The notes: generated from the letters alone by a model not told the origin. A stretch of DNA of 63,856 nucleotides, filler included, from Folioceros fuciformis (GCA_049999805.1; 6 parts of 6 records of this genome joined end to end with filler, not necessarily neighbours in it), one strand, 5' to 3'. Shown: positions 11,047 to 23,921, counted from the whole stretch's first letter. Translations and numbers: made by a program.

Positions 11047-11341
11047 CGTGCTTCGTTGCTCGCTTCCATTTTCTCTCTTGGCGATCACCAGGATAAACTT
11101 GCCCATATCTTGTCAAGCTATCGATGTACATGTGACGTAATCGGTATGATGATTGTATGCATATGTATTGACCAACACCTGAGGCAGCCTAACATGGGTG
11201 CGTTGGGAGAACACGGCGGAGCATCCTCACGACTCCGACTTCGAGAGATTACACCCAAAGAGACTGGGAGAGTTAGCCAGCCTAATGATGAGGAGACAGA
11301 ACAACTGCATGAGTTTACTGCCATTTCAACAGCCAGGCCCT

Positions 11342-12753
11342 CTAGAAATGCGGGTTGAACGCCGAACAGTTTGCTCGAATTTCACCATCAGATCCCGTCT
11401 TCACTCCAACAGAAGAGAATTTGATCATGGACTCTGCAAATACTTGAAAGAAAGCATCCTGAGCAGCAGCCAGAGTGAAAACCAGTGGCCTCGTGGACTG
11501 GTCGGTGAAGAAAACTTGATCTGAGAGGAGCAGTCCCCTGCCTGAGAGCAGGTTGAGGTAAAATTTGTTGTCGAAGGTGAACGATGTATCCGCATCGAAA
11601 GCCACAGTAGTGTCCGGGTTGCCACCTACCAAGGGGCATTGTTTCTGGAAGACGGCAAGTTTTGGTACCCTCAGTCGTCTGCGGGACACTGTGAATGAAA
11701 AGGCGTTTGGTAGTAATGCACTGCTTACTCACCTGGAGGTCGAGGGCGAATTGCAGATCCATGCTCGGGTCGGTGGTGAATGAGCTGTTGAAACTATACA
11801 GGCGGCTCATCAGCGGATCACAATGCGAAAAGCCGATTGTGTGTGCGCCTGTTAGCACAATGCAGAAACAGAACAGAATGGACCGTGGAATACGTTGTGT
11901 AAAAAGCAGCTGCAGACTTGTAATATGAAGGAGAGCGCGTTTGGATCGCACCGGCAAGAATGACCAAGTCATCCAGTGAAAGGCCGAGGTTGCCAAATAT
12001 TTGGGCTTGTTGCTGAACATCCATGCTTGATGATGGGAGAAATCCTTCGACCAGAGATGCAAGCGAAAACAAGCCATCTCGACGTCCCTTCGGGACCTCC
12101 CAGGTTGGGCCTCCTGTCTGTGGAGAAGATCCAGTGATGCACGCTTATTCGTACTTCGAAAACAGGCATTCGCTAGACAAGACGACTCGAGAGAAGTTCG
12201 TATTTACAACTTTTACCAGGGAAACCACGTCCCGTGCGATCATGGCTAATATATCTGCACAAGACACAGTCGCAGGACACTGCTTCTCGACCTGTTCCTT
12301 TGCAAGGAAAACCGTGGCAAAGGCCTGTGCTGGAATGCTTTGATTGTCCGAGTGATCTCTCTCCGCAAGGGTGCCGTTGTCCGAGGCGATCAAGATGGAC
12401 CCATCGCAGCCCTGCCAAAACACAAGAAAGCGCAAATGCTGCCAAGGTGTGGTCTCCCTAGTTATTTTACCAGCATACACACGTAACAATTGAAAGATCG
12501 GACATTGTACCTGCACGAGGCAGTCGTGCGCAAACAACCTGAGCGCTGAAGGTGCAACCACATTGGACTGTCTCATCAAGTTTGCAACCGTGCCCCGAAC
12601 AATTTCATCCACATTTGGGCAGCTCGTGGCGTAGAAGTCGACAGTCAGCTGCCCTTGTGCGCGATCCAAGCTCCACAGGGTATGCATCAAGCCCACCAAC
12701 GCAGCCAAGACGATCGACCCGGCCATTCTGATTGGAATGCAAACTTTTCTCAA
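11342..12753 (-). CDS. Class III secretory peroxidase, 5 exons (introns 12412-12510, 12118-12216, 11849-11951, 11645-11732)
   Basis: It has a signal peptide, QLTVDFYATSCP, distal RLFAHDCLVQ^GCDGSILI, VSCADIL, GGPTWEVPKGRRDG, proximal GAHTIGFSHC, FDNKFY, GLLLSDQ and GEIRANC. The GT-AG junctions join in frame. Confidence 0.96.
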
Positions 12754-13156
12754 AACACTTTCCCACGACGTTGCCGTATTGGAGAAACCAGGTGCTTTAC
12801 CGGCACAGGGTCACATGTGAGAACATGTGTCGCATGTGAAGCTGGAGACAAGTTAGGTTGCAGGATAAGTAGGGAAAGGACCTTGTGAACCAGATACTAG
12901 GATCCGATGTCTACGCTAGACTGATTCTTGTAGGGGTGGGGGGAGGATCCGGAGGAGAAATAGCAGAGGATTATGAGCTTCTTTATAAAAGACTGTACAA
13001 CGAAGATCACAAGTTATGAAGACTGAATACAATCAGGCTGAATTCCCCACACAAACAAAGGGGAAGCGACAATGTACAAGTGCACACACGCAGAGAGCAA
13101 ACCATCCTCCGTTATGTTACTGACCAAGCGTGAAGACGGTACCGTATGCACCACCA

Positions 13157-13825
13157 TCATAAGATGTCCGCCCCACCAGTCCCACCGCCCCTGCCATTTC
13201 CGCTACAACTTCCATCCAAACGCGACCTCTTCGCAGAGTCCAAGCAATCTGCTTCCGTCTCCCCATCCGACTCTCCATTCATGGCTGTCGACTGACCCGT
13301 CTTTCTCTTAGCTCTCGCCTTGCGGTTCTGAAACCAGTTGTAAACATTCGTCTCCTGAATGGCTCCGTGCGCGCTCAGCTCCACTGTGATCTCCTTGATG
13401 CGCTGCTTGTTTGGAGTTCCCCCGCCCTTCCGAAACAGCCTCTCCAGAATTCGGAGCTGGTTCTGGCTCGGGGTCCAGCGCTGCCTCGCGGTCACTCTGT
13501 GCATCCCATTTCCCAGCGACGCATGATCAAACATGTGATTGACGACCACTCCGGGCATCTGAGAATGCTCTTGCACGCTGGCCTTCTGCATCTCCGCCAG
13601 CTGGCGGCAAATGGTGGTGTACACCGATATCTGCCGTTGAAGCGTTTCCACCTGTTCTTCAGTCATGGCTGGCTGCACCGGTACCTGTAACTGCGCATGT
13701 ACAGGAGGCGGCAGCACCATAACCGGGGCCGGAGCCGGGGTCGGTTCCGCCGGTGCAGCAAAAGCGTAAACTGCAGGCGGCTGCACTCGCGGCAGGCCAA
13801 CAGGATCCAAACCCAGGCTACGCAT
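13157..13825 (-). CDS. WOX13: WUSCHEL-related homeobox protein, WOX13 (ancient) clade; CDS intronless
   Basis: The WOX13 motif MTEEQVETLQRQISVYTTICRQLAEM precedes the homeodomain RQRWTPSQNQLRILERLF..GTPNKQRIKEIT..ETNVYNWFQNRKARAKRK. The first in-frame ATG is at 13825. Confidence 0.93.
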   Translation of the reverse strand: MRSLGLDPVGLPRVQPPAVYAFAAPAEPTPAPAPVMVLPPPVHAQLQVPVQPAMTEEQVETLQRQISVYTTICRQLAEMQKASVQEHSQMPGVVVNHMFDHASLGNGMHRVTARQRWTPSQNQLRILERLFRKGGGTPNKQRIKEITVELSAHGAIQETNVYNWFQNRKARAKRKTGQSTAMNGESDGETEADCLDSAKRSRLDGSCSGNGRGGGTGGADIL

Positions 13826-14921
13826 GTTTGTTTTCGACAACCGGAACAAATTGCACACACACGTTGGGCAAAGCTTTAGAGACGAAACAGACTGGCGGAA
13901 ACCAGAAGCGCGATGATTCAACCACTTGTATGCTCTCGTTCTCTCAAACTTCAACCCCAGCTCGAGATTCCCGACGTTCACCAGCAGGCCGTGCTTGCAA
14001 GCTTGCTTGCTTTCTTCAACCTTTAAGAGCTCTCAGGATCTGAAACTTGTCTCACGACACAATGGACAATCAACCAATTTTAAGAACCAGATCCTTGTCA
14101 GAACAGACAACACTGCTCGGCTGAGCACTCCGTCGACTGGCTGGTTGCAGCGGGCAAGAGCAAGCTTGCAACTGGCGTCAGGAAGTCGACCTGAAACTGT
14201 GTGAGAAACGAAGCCTGACGCAATGTTTCGCTACACAGACGAACAACTTGCAGGTCTTGATCTAGACATCAAGAGGCGGATTCAGGTCAGAGCGTTCAGT
14301 CACGGATGAGCAAGGACACCAATGACACGGGAGGAATATGGTCACCAGACAATTCGCTCCGACTTGAAATTGCACTTCGAAAGGAACTTCTCCGACTTCT
14401 GCTTGACTTCGGGAGAGGAACTTCTCAAATTCTCGACTCTCGAGAGACTGCAATTTCTTCTCCACACATTCACAGTTACTCCGCCTGGCTGACTTCACGG
14501 CCGGGTCGATTTATATCTGGACACGAGAACTACACACGTCCACACAACGAAAACCTGAAGCTCTCAACCTTTGTTAAGCTCCACGGCAGGCATGCGTTTC
14601 AAGACAGCCCATGCCCCAATGCACATGCAGATCAAAAGAGACAGACTAGTTGTACTGGCGTTCGGATTTTGGCCACCAGGCACCAGAGCCCGGCGTGCTC
14701 TTGTGTCGCACCGCTCGGGCAGGCGTCCCTGTTTCAGGCCGATTGACTTCCAGCACTACCTGAAACTGCCAGGAGACAAACAACGGTTTCGCAACCGGCG
14801 CAGGCTGATACAATCGGAACGATTATGTCTCTCTCAGGAAAAAATTGAGTCCTGGACGTCGGGAGAACAGAGACGCAGATTCAACTTGTCCAGCATCGAG
14901 CTGATCTCCCTCCCGGCTGCG

Positions 14922-15060
14922 GAGACGTGACGTCTCGAAATCCAAGTGACGGGCGCGGTGGCCGCATTATACATTAGCCCTAAAAAGCCAAGTGGACGCC
15001 GGAACTTCAGTGGCGGCGATAGCGGCTAAACAGAAGCCGGCGAGTTTAGCTGCACGTGTC
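14922..15060. promoter_or_regulatory. ACGT-core/ABRE-like motifs in the divergent WOX13-CMT1 intergenic region
   Basis: GAGACGTGACGTCTC is a near-palindrome with two ACGT cores (14922-14936), and CACGTGTC occurs at 15053-15060. Short motifs like these can arise by chance. Confidence 0.3.
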
Positions 15061-15297
15061 GCTTGCCACCTCATCCGTTTAGGCGTGGCCGGGTGGAGAG
15101 GGGATCACAGCAACCCCTGGCAGCCCGGCCCAGGATCAGGCGCAACAGGGGCGCAGCAGGGATCGGAGTGAAGTTGCCTGCATTCGCACGGACGACAGGC
15201 CTAAAAGTGGCGGACCTGCGTCTGGTGGAACAACCAAGGTGAGGAGCAAGTATAGCGCGGGCGTAGGGGTGAAGGGAGAGCTCGCTGCGGGCTGGCG

Positions 15298-17931
15298 ATG
15301 GCGGGTGCGGGAGCGTCCGCCTCAACCATGGCCGACGCCTTCAGGTTCGCCTCCGCGCCCGCCTCGCCTGCGCCCTGCGCCTCCAGCTGCGCCTGGACGG
15401 GCTCGCCGGTGGTGGTGGCGAGAGTGTTCTGGTCCGGGAGCGGCCAGCCGGGTCGTAGGAGATGGAGCAAGTTTGCGAGCCGCCTTACATTCTTGTCCTC
15501 CGGCGGGTAAAGTACCAGCCGGCGAGTTCTCTTTCTCTTCCCCCCGCCTGCCTTCCGTCGCCGTTGTTTGCAGGTCGGAAGAATTTTTTGTGGCCAGCCT
15601 CGCATCTCGTGCACGTGGCCGGATTCAGTGCCTCTGTGCTGGTTGTGGCAGGAATTTTATGTGACGAAGAGTCATAGCAGCTGACTCACGCACAGTATCC
15701 GGGATGGATGTCTCCATTCTCGGCCCTACAGTTACGCATTTTAGGGGCTTGCTGGAAGAATGTGCTGAACGGGAATGAGCTGCTATGTGCGTTCCTTCTT
15801 ATTCGAGCGAGCGCAAGTGGAAGAGATAGGCTTTTCATGGATTATTCTGCTGCCTAGTCCAGACAGTTTATCATGGATCAGGCTGCTGCTTGGTCCAGAA
15901 CTCGTCCACGGATCGTCCAGGTCGTCCTGTGAATTGCCAGTCCCTCGTCTGAAGCCTACCTCGTTTTATGTTTTCAACAGAGGACTGGTTAGGAATGAGT
16001 GCTTGGAAGGTGGCAGCTCTCTCGGATGCGTTCGAGCGTTTGGCCTAGGTGAGTGCCGTCTCGGAGTAAATGTGATGGCCCTGTCGATTCTCGTCATGCA
16101 CGAAAAGTTGTGCTCTATGACTGAGGCCGGGTATGGATGTCATGTTTTATGTTACAAGGATATTCAGGGACTCCTCCGAGATTTGCGAGGCACAATGTTT
16201 CTGCCTCAAGCGCAGACTTTGGATCAGGAGGTTACAGGGAAGGAAATGAGGTGGACGTCTCAGCAGACGATGAGAAGCCCGTCCCACAAACAGCACCGCA
16301 AGTCATGTAATGTCATAGTCTCCTCAAGGTTCAGGATTTCCTAATTAATGGCTCATGTTGCGAGTACTCGCTATGTTGTGTGCTAGTCCTTTCCAGAGTA
16401 ATGAGCCTCTTACTTTGCAAAAAGTATTTTCTGTCTGTGATGCTCAAAGACGTGCTATGCGCTTGTGCAGACAATCGTCTGTAGGGGACAGGAAGCAGAG
16501 TTTGCAGGCTGTAGGTGCTCTGTCAACTCTCATTGTTGTGGGCTTAGTAGCTGCCGTTGTGGCCACTCTTTCAAGTGGGGGGCCCGCTGCACTCGTGGCA
16601 GCTATAGCCAAATCAGGCTTCAGTGCAGCATTTGCACTTATTTTCGTGTCTGAAATTGGCGATAAGGTAGGAATTTCGAAGGTTGTGAGCAAGACGTGAT
16701 GTCTACCTCCATAACTTGTCCTTAGCCTACTGGTTTTGCATGGCAAGAACTATCCGTTGCATTGCTGACTTTAGGGCGATCCGTGCAGACTTTCTTTATT
16801 GCGGCATTGTTAGCTATGCGGCATTCAAGGGGGCTGGTATTTTCCTTACCTTGATGTATTGTGCTCTGGTCTCGGATATCTCTGCTGCACAGTTTTTTTT
16901 GGAAGATCATGATTCCGATGGGCAATTCTTGACAGTGCAGGTTTTGCTGGGGGCATCGACTGCCCTGGGCCTTATGACAGTAATCTCTGTCCTCATTGGG
17001 AGGCTGTGTCAGCGTGTTCCCCAACAACTTCAGACAAGTGCGTGAAAGCTTGAGGGAGCACTTTTCATACGTTCCTCTTCGTCGTAGACATTACGAGCAT
17101 ACTCGTTTGTTATCCGTAACCCCTTCCATGTGTTGCCTACCCAGCTCTTCCTGTCGGAGAATATGCGGCTGTTGCATTGTTGATCTGGTTCGGGTTGAGG
17201 TCTATCAAGTCCGCGTACGATTTGCCGTCTGCTCCTTCCACTAGTCGAGGTAATCAGGGAACAGAGTGTGGAGAACTCGCGGAGGCAGAGGAGTTTTTGA
17301 AGAAATCAGAGGTAGGAGTTAGTGGAAGCAAAGAAATTTTCCGTTTAAAAAACCCTTTATCTAGCGATTTAATATCCTGGCTACAGGGTGAGAAGAAAAT
17401 CAGTACCCCACTTGAGGTGCTCGTGGAAGCTTTTAGCCTAGTTTTTCTAGCGGTAAGCAGCTCATTGTTCTGCCTGTTCACAATACAAATTGATTTCATC
17501 TCTGACATGGGATGTGTTCGTATCCAGGAATGGGGTGACCGATCAATGCTGGCAACTGTAGCACTTGGTGCCGCTCAGGTAACGTGTCCCAGAAATCACG
17601 TGCTCTTTGTGGGCATTTCGCGGTTTTCATGTCTGAAACATAAGTTGCTCTTCTGGCAGTCGCCATGGGGAGTCGCATCCGGAGCCATTGCGGGTCACGT
17701 TTTGGCAACCGCCCTGGCTGTCGTTGGTGGGGCTTTTCTTGCCGAGCATATATCCGAGAAAGTGGTAAGTTTTCTCATTTCGTGCTTGCTTGTAAGACCT
17801 GATCGCCCTAGTTACGGGCCCCTTTAGGATGAACACTGTGTTCACCCCTGCTGGTGGTGTGGTAGGTGGGATACATCGGAGGTGTCCTTTTCTTAATTTT
17901 TGCGGCAGCCACCTTGCTGGGAGTGTTTTAA
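15298..17931 (+). CDS. CMT1: Chloroplast GDT1/UPF0016 Mn2+/Ca2+ transporter (PAM71-HL/CMT1-like), multi-exon; 5' exons tentative
   Basis: Spliced exons give GGPAALVAAIAKSGFSAAFALIFVSEIGDK^TFFIAALLAM..LPVGEYAAVALL..FLA^EWGDRSMLATVALGAAQ^SPWGVASGAIAGH..ISEKV^VGYIGGVLFLIFAAATLLGVF*. The Ala/Ser-rich first exon looks like a transit peptide. Confidence 0.92.
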
Positions 17932-18478
17932 CCGTGTTCGTACCTGTACTCAATGTGGTACCGCGGAGTTTTGTGGAGACGTCCTGAGGTAGATATTAAA
18001 TGTTACCTCGTCCTGATTTATGTACACATGGCCCACATTAGGTAGTCTACATCGTGACTTAGGGTACTTCGCGGAAGTCCGCAATCGCCGGACATTTTTG
18101 GCATTGGACGACCCGTCGTCTTCTTTTTTGTCTAGACGATCTTTATTGTGATGCAAAATTATATCTTGCTTATAATGCTGAGCTGGTAGTTGTGGAGAGT
18201 TGAAGATGTCTACAAGTAAGATTGCCACGAATTCAAATATTTTATTGCTTATTAATTTTAACACTCTAAAAATGATAATATACATTATGGACGAATTAGG
18301 TTTAGTCAAAGAAAACTGTTTTTTAATGAAAGCCCTAGACTTCTTTGGGCAACTGGGCTCCCAAAAAATCATACGCCCACCCCGTCCCCAAAGGTATATA
18401 TATATATACCACTATATGTGCAGGCAAAGTCATCACACGGCTATTCGTGCTTTTGAGTTTCAGTGACCTTTGCTGAAG

Positions 18479-19494
18479 ATGGGGAAGAAAACGGAGGCGA
18501 TGCTGCGGAGCTTGCAGGGACGGAAACAGGACTATCTGGACGAAGATGATGAAAGGGCTGCGCCTAGCTCGTCCCGGAAACGCAAGCAGCGGACCCAGGA
18601 TCCTGAGAAGGAGAAGGCGCAGAAGATGAAGATGGCTGCTACCAAGCAAGTACCTTGTTTTGTTGGCTGTGTCTTCGGGCCGGTTCAGTTGCATTGTTTA
18701 GAGTGTGTGGAATTCTGTGGCTTACGTTCGAGTCTGGGTTGAAGGAGCCTGCAGAGGCAGATATGCAAGCAATGCGACAATCTGAGTACATCAAAGCATT
18801 TGATTGTGGCCATAGGGAATCACTCGTACCTCATGCTGCCTCCACGGGGGCCGCTGGTGCTGGGTCACTGCTACATCATCCCGTTGGAGCATGAGGTGTC
18901 CAGCAGGAATGTGGAAGAGGCCGTGTGGCAGGACATGCGGAATTTCAAAAAGAGTCTGCTGCAGATGTTCGCGGCAAAGGGCAAGGATGTGCTCTTTTTG
19001 GAGCTGGCGTTGACTGATGCTCGGCAGAGGCGGCATGCCATTGTGGAGTGCGTTCCCATTCCACCTGCAGCCGCAAAACAAGCCCCTTTGTTCTTCAAGA
19101 AGGTCAGTGGTTTTTGTGCGATTCTGACCTAATTGGCGAGGGTTTGTAGGCAGTTCAGAAATGGCCTAACCTGGATGATATTGTACAGGAAATTGATGAA
19201 GCTGAAGAGGAATGGAGTCAGCACAATTCTAAGAAGTGTATTGAGACCGGTGAGAAAGGGTTGAGAGGGTCTATTCCTGCCAACTTCCCTTATTTCCATG
19301 TGGAGTTCGGACTCCAGCGAGGCTTTGTCCATGTGATCGACGACGAGAGCAACTTCAGGGGCAAAAATTTTGGGCATTCTGTACTCAAGGGCTTGATGAA
19401 ACTACCTGCAGAGCCCCCGCAGCAGTCCGTGAGAGACTTTCTCAAGGGTTGGGATTGGGATTCGTATGACTGGACCAAGATGCTAGACAGCTGA
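18479..19494 (+). CDS. CWF19L2: CwfJ-domain (CWF19-like 2) protein, short form, 3 exons
   Basis: Motifs CKQC..KHLIVAIGNHSYLMLP..GHCYIIPLEH..MRNFKKSL..HAIVECVPIP..APLFFKK^EIDEAEEEWSQHNSKK..LRGSIPANFPYFHVEFG..GFVHVIDDE..YDWTKML. Introns are at ~18650-18754 and 19103-19188. Confidence 0.88.
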
Positions 19495-20572
19495 TCATAA
19501 CCCTCTTACATCACAGGTCCGTGCCATGAGTGAGTCCAGGTTACGAGGGACGTGGGCTCAGGAGATGGCGATGTGTCTGTACAGAATTCCAGACTAAGTC
19601 GGCGATGATGTGACATCCAATTTTTTTGGTTGTACCGTAATCCAGGTCTTCTAGGGATGGACAACGAGACGTAGGATTGTGTCATAAAAGCACAGCAGCC
19701 TGACGGAAAAGATTGGATGCTTCCGCATCTTGGCAATGAAGAACAGCAATGCATCAGGAAATTGGGCACTATGTACCTCCTGATCGCTACCTTACCCTGC
19801 AGCCTGTCCAATGATTGGAGTTGGGATGGATATAACTGGACCAACATGCTGCTGAGCATTGACTTTCTCCCATTCTCGGGCCGTTAGTGAGGGGTAGGTT
19901 TTGATGGACACGGGCCTCCAATAAGTCCGGACTGATGGCTGATTGTCCAGTAGCAACGGGCCATAATTGCAAGAGCCAGAACAATTGCGGATGAAGGAAG
20001 ATTGAGGATGATCTGGGAAAGCCAGATTGGAGAAAACTGGCTGCTCAACAATTTGGCAACCAAACGATATTTCTGTGAAGTCGAGTGGCTGCGGATCTGA
20101 ATCTTCTCATGTGAAGACTTGAGTTTGGACTAGTGAACTGACGGGAAGCGATGACGGATGGGAAGTGACTGCGGATCCAAGTGGTCTGCATACAAGCTGT
20201 CCGGTCAATGGCCAGAATCCACAGCTGCAAAAGGTGGACAGAAACTCTTCGCTCTTGTCGGATGAAGCAGTAGAAAGAGTGATGTATCTAGATAGCTTGT
20301 AAGTGCTACGATCGGGAAAATAAAGGACGATTTCTGTTGTGCAATCCTGGAATTTCACGTGCTCACATCTCCATGTATGTACATCAAATCTGGCCTAACA
20401 GTTATGTACAACTCTGAAAGGACGGACGATTTTGGGACTCTGTACATCCCTTGAAGGTCACGAACCTTCATGGTTCAAACTTCTACCGCACCCAGCTCGA
20501 CAACGGGAGCTGGAGAAGCAAGATCTGCGCCCATGGCAATCGATTTGAAACAAATGAACCCCATCTTCTGTG

Positions 20573-21022
20573 CTAAGTAGCAGCACAGACATCCGAAGAG
20601 TCCCCAGAGCTGGTACCAGCGCGGAACAGGTAGAACCCAAACCCAAGCCCCAGAGCAATCGCGATGAAGACGCCTCCGTTAAAGGACATGACCGCCAGCA
20701 TGAGGAGGTAGCCAATTCCCACACTGACAGTGTAGATCAACGCCTCTGCCAGCTTCTGCGCCTGCGAAGCGGAGGGCGCCCGCACCTTGCCGATGAGCGG
20801 CACGTGGTGGCCGTGCTCCTCGCCATGGGTTTCATGGTAACCTGCCGCCCTGCTCTCCACGGCGCTGCTGAAGGAGGTGCGCTTGCTGGTGAACCATTCG
20901 TGGAACACCCCCACCAGGAAGAGGCCAACCAGCGAGAGTGAGTACCCCAGCCACGAGCTCACAAACCACTCATCGAACAGCAACGTCACCGTCTTCCCCC
21001 AGTAGAAGGTCATGTGCATCAT
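20573..21022 (-). CDS. COPT5: Ctr/COPT copper transporter (COPT5-like), intronless
   Basis: It starts MMHMTFYWGKTVTLLFDEW and has an MxxxM motif in GYLLMLAVMSFNGGVFIA, with three hydrophobic segments. Confidence 0.9.
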   Translation of the reverse strand: MMHMTFYWGKTVTLLFDEWFVSSWLGYSLSLVGLFLVGVFHEWFTSKRTSFSSAVESRAAGYHETHGEEHGHHVPLIGKVRAPSASQAQKLAEALIYTVSVGIGYLLMLAVMSFNGGVFIAIALGLGFGFYLFRAGTSSGDSSDVCAAT

Positions 21023-22646
21023 GGTTGCTGCCTTCCTCTCGCTTCTCCTCGTCGCACCTAGATCCCGCACCCCACTTCATCAGGTCACGGCCGCATCCCG
21101 AAATCCGTGCAAATCCATCCACTTCACCAGCACATCTCTACACAAAATTCGAACAACACACAACCAAAAGACCAAACCTGCCCGCCGAGATTGGATCTAC
21201 TACGAGGTTGCGAGACGAAGCGGCTGGAGAACGCCCTCTGCTAAGAGACCGATCGCCTCTCTTTGTGCCTATCCACCAAACCAGCAGTATCCAGCGTATC
21301 TGATCCGTATTTGCCTGTAGCAGACAAGCCGGTAGGTCCTACATGCAATGTGGAATATTAAAAAAATGGAAAAGAAACGCAAGATAAATGGGTTGCTAGA
21401 TTTGCTTCCACATCGCCTGCAAGCTCCCCTTGCTAGGAGCGCACACTTGCTCGTCTCCACCGCAAAGTGCCTCCAAGCATCCTGCATTTTTAACTTGAGA
21501 GCACACATTTCTTCCATGGCCACCATATGGCTGGCCGGCTACTCACCAAGCACAGCCTACATTGTTGCTGTTGTGTTAGCCAATTTTGCTTCCACTTGGC
21601 TCCACCCCAAGTAGTGAATAGCTAGATGGTCACAATGCCAATGGTGAAGCTGGTCCGGAAATTTGTTGATCACCTACATGGCCAACAAGGTTTGGTACAA
21701 CCAGCTTGGTAAAGGATATGACTGACAAGATGTGGTACAAACATGACAAACATGAAGGAACCCTAAGTCATGTCAACCTCATTTCCTACCATGCCCTAGG
21801 GACCTCTGCAAATCTCAGTCCATGGTACGCATTGTGCAACTACACAAATAGAGGGTACAATTGTCTTCAAAGTCCATGAGCAGAAATTTGGGAAGACAAC
21901 AAGCCATTGGAGGCTCCTATTTCAGATGCGAAAATCGATCAAGAGGTCGTGCTTGGGCCTTCTTTCACCTCTCAAGACAAGTCCAAGCACAAAAACATGT
22001 TCATGTACCTATTGCTTCTTCGATTGCTAGCTGGATTTGGAGTGATAGAGCTTGGAGATTCTTGCATGTCTAACAGGAGTTGTCCCGAATGGTCTTGTTC
22101 CATACATACTAGCTCCAATGTGTATGATTTATGAGGAAATGTTTTTATCCTCCCGTGCATGACACATATATATAAGAGATGCTATCATATATTCCAGCAT
22201 AATACGCAACAAAATTATCCCTAATATATCACGCAACAAAATGTAAGGTATCGCCATCTATGGCTGCTTGTGACGGGATATGGGTTTTAGGAATTGGGCA
22301 AACGATGGTGAAATCGTTGCCCATAAACCCTGAACCCCTCCGTGGTCTGGAGCCGGGTCCCGTGGTGGTGGTGCTGCAGTGCGTGAAGGACTGTGGGAAA
22401 TTCTTGGAATCGCGGGTCATGGGATACTCAGTGTTTCGATTCAGGGATGGTGGCGGGTATGGAAGATGATGATGCAGCCTCCAGTTCTTGCCACGTTTGA
22501 TGAAACTTACAATGGCTGCCCTGGTTTGATAGAGAAGCAACAGGACTTAGCTGGTCTCACGGGGTTGGAGGGGCTCGGACCAGTCGAGCACGCACAATGT
22601 GGGTGTTGAATTTGTGAATTGTAGGATATTGGAGCAAAGGAACAGG

Positions 22647-23808
22647 ATGGCGTCCTTCGCGGGTGCCCAGGCCGTGTCTGCTTCGGGGCTGGGGGCATGG
22701 CGACCCAGCCTTGGAGCTCGTATGGGCAGGCAGCGGGCCAGGAGAGTGAGGCTGGTCTGGGTCGGCCATGGGGTGCGGGCTGGAGTAGCTGGTGGAGATG
22801 GTGAGGAGAAGCAGCAGCAGGTCAGGAAGGGGAGGAAAGGGAAGAAGGCGCCAGAGGTGATGGGCGTGGAGGAGAGGTTGAAATGGACGGAGGGGTTGCC
22901 GCAGGTGCAGGAGCATTTGCCTTATACCGATGTTGTGGAGCTTAGGCAGCAGGAGGGGTTGAGGCACATCATCAAGCATCCGGGCTCGGTTTTGAAGGGA
23001 CGGCCGGATGTGGTTCTGGTTGTGTTGGAGGATGGTAGGGTTGTGAGGACTGTTTTGCCTGTACCAGAGAGGGACAGCAAGTTTTGGGAGGATTGGGCCA
23101 GTCTGAAGATGGACGACCTTGTCATGGAGGCGTACACACCTGCTCCGCCCAAGCCAGAGTTGGTGGGATGGGCAGCCAAGGGCCCGTCCCTTACTTTTCT
23201 CACCAATGTGGCTGGGTGGATTTCGCGAATCGGGAAGGCACCCTCCCAGCAGCAACCGGGGCATGGCAGGAAGGAGTCAACTGCCAGGGCAGCAGCTCGT
23301 GCGCGTCTGGAGCAGCTCGAGCAGGCTAGGAAGGAGAAGGAGGCTGCTCGTGCCAACCGGGAAGCTGAGGCTAAGCAGCTCAAGGCTGATGCTGCTAAGC
23401 GGGAGCGTGAAGCCAAGGCCAGAGCAGTCGCCAATAAGGAGCGTGCCAAGGAGGCCGAGGCAAACATGAAGTCGCAGGAGGAACGGAAGCGGCAGTTGGC
23501 TGAACAGGTTCAGAAAGCAGCAGAGTGGAACAACTTCTGGTTTCAAGCTGCTCGGAATGAGGGTTTTAGGTTTTCTATGGGCGTCTTCTTCTTCTGGTTG
23601 TTCTACCAGACGATCGTTGTCGGTGTGAAGAAGCGGAAGCAGGACTACGAGGATCGTCTGAAAATCGAAAAGGCTGATGAGGAGGAACGAAAGAAAATGA
23701 GGGAGTGGGAGGACGAAATGGAAACCATACAAGCAGTTTCGACTTCGGAGGGTTGGGGCAAGGAGGGCATGGGTGAGGACGACAGGCAAAGAATGGAAGA
23801 GATTGAGA
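22647..23808 (+). CDS. FTSHI2: Chloroplast inactive FtsH-like AAA protein FtsHi2, 5' part (cut by scaffold end)
   Basis: Motifs LPYTDVVELR..HIIKHP..VLVVLEDGRVVRTVLP..FWEDW..AYTP and FFFWLFYQTIVVGVKKRKQDYEDRLKIEKADEEERKKMRE match the FtsHi2/EMB2083 N-terminus as I recall it. Confidence 0.85.
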
Positions 23809-23908
23809 NNNNNNNNNNNNNNNNNNNNNNNNNNNNNNNNNNNNNNNNNNNNTTAATTAATTAANNNNNNNNNNNNNNNNNNNNNNNNNNNNNNNNNNNN
23901 NNNNNNNN
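23809..23908. other. Artificial scaffold spacer N44-TTAATTAATTAA-N44 (also 31170-31269, 41067-41166, 50249-50348, 57125-57224)
   Basis: An identical 100-bp all-frame-stop linker occurs five times, and flanking genes and elements are cut at it. Confidence 0.97.
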
Positions 23909-23921
23909 ATATATATATATA

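Noticed and set aside
11342-21022. Metal/redox gene cluster (peroxidase, CMT1, COPT5)
   Set aside because: The genes are interspersed with unrelated WOX13 and CWF19L2, and proximity is expected in a compact genome.
23853-23864. TTAATTAATTAA palindromes recurring five times
   Set aside because: These are artificial assembly linkers within N runs. Adjacency across them, and ORFs ending XXXLIN, are not biological.
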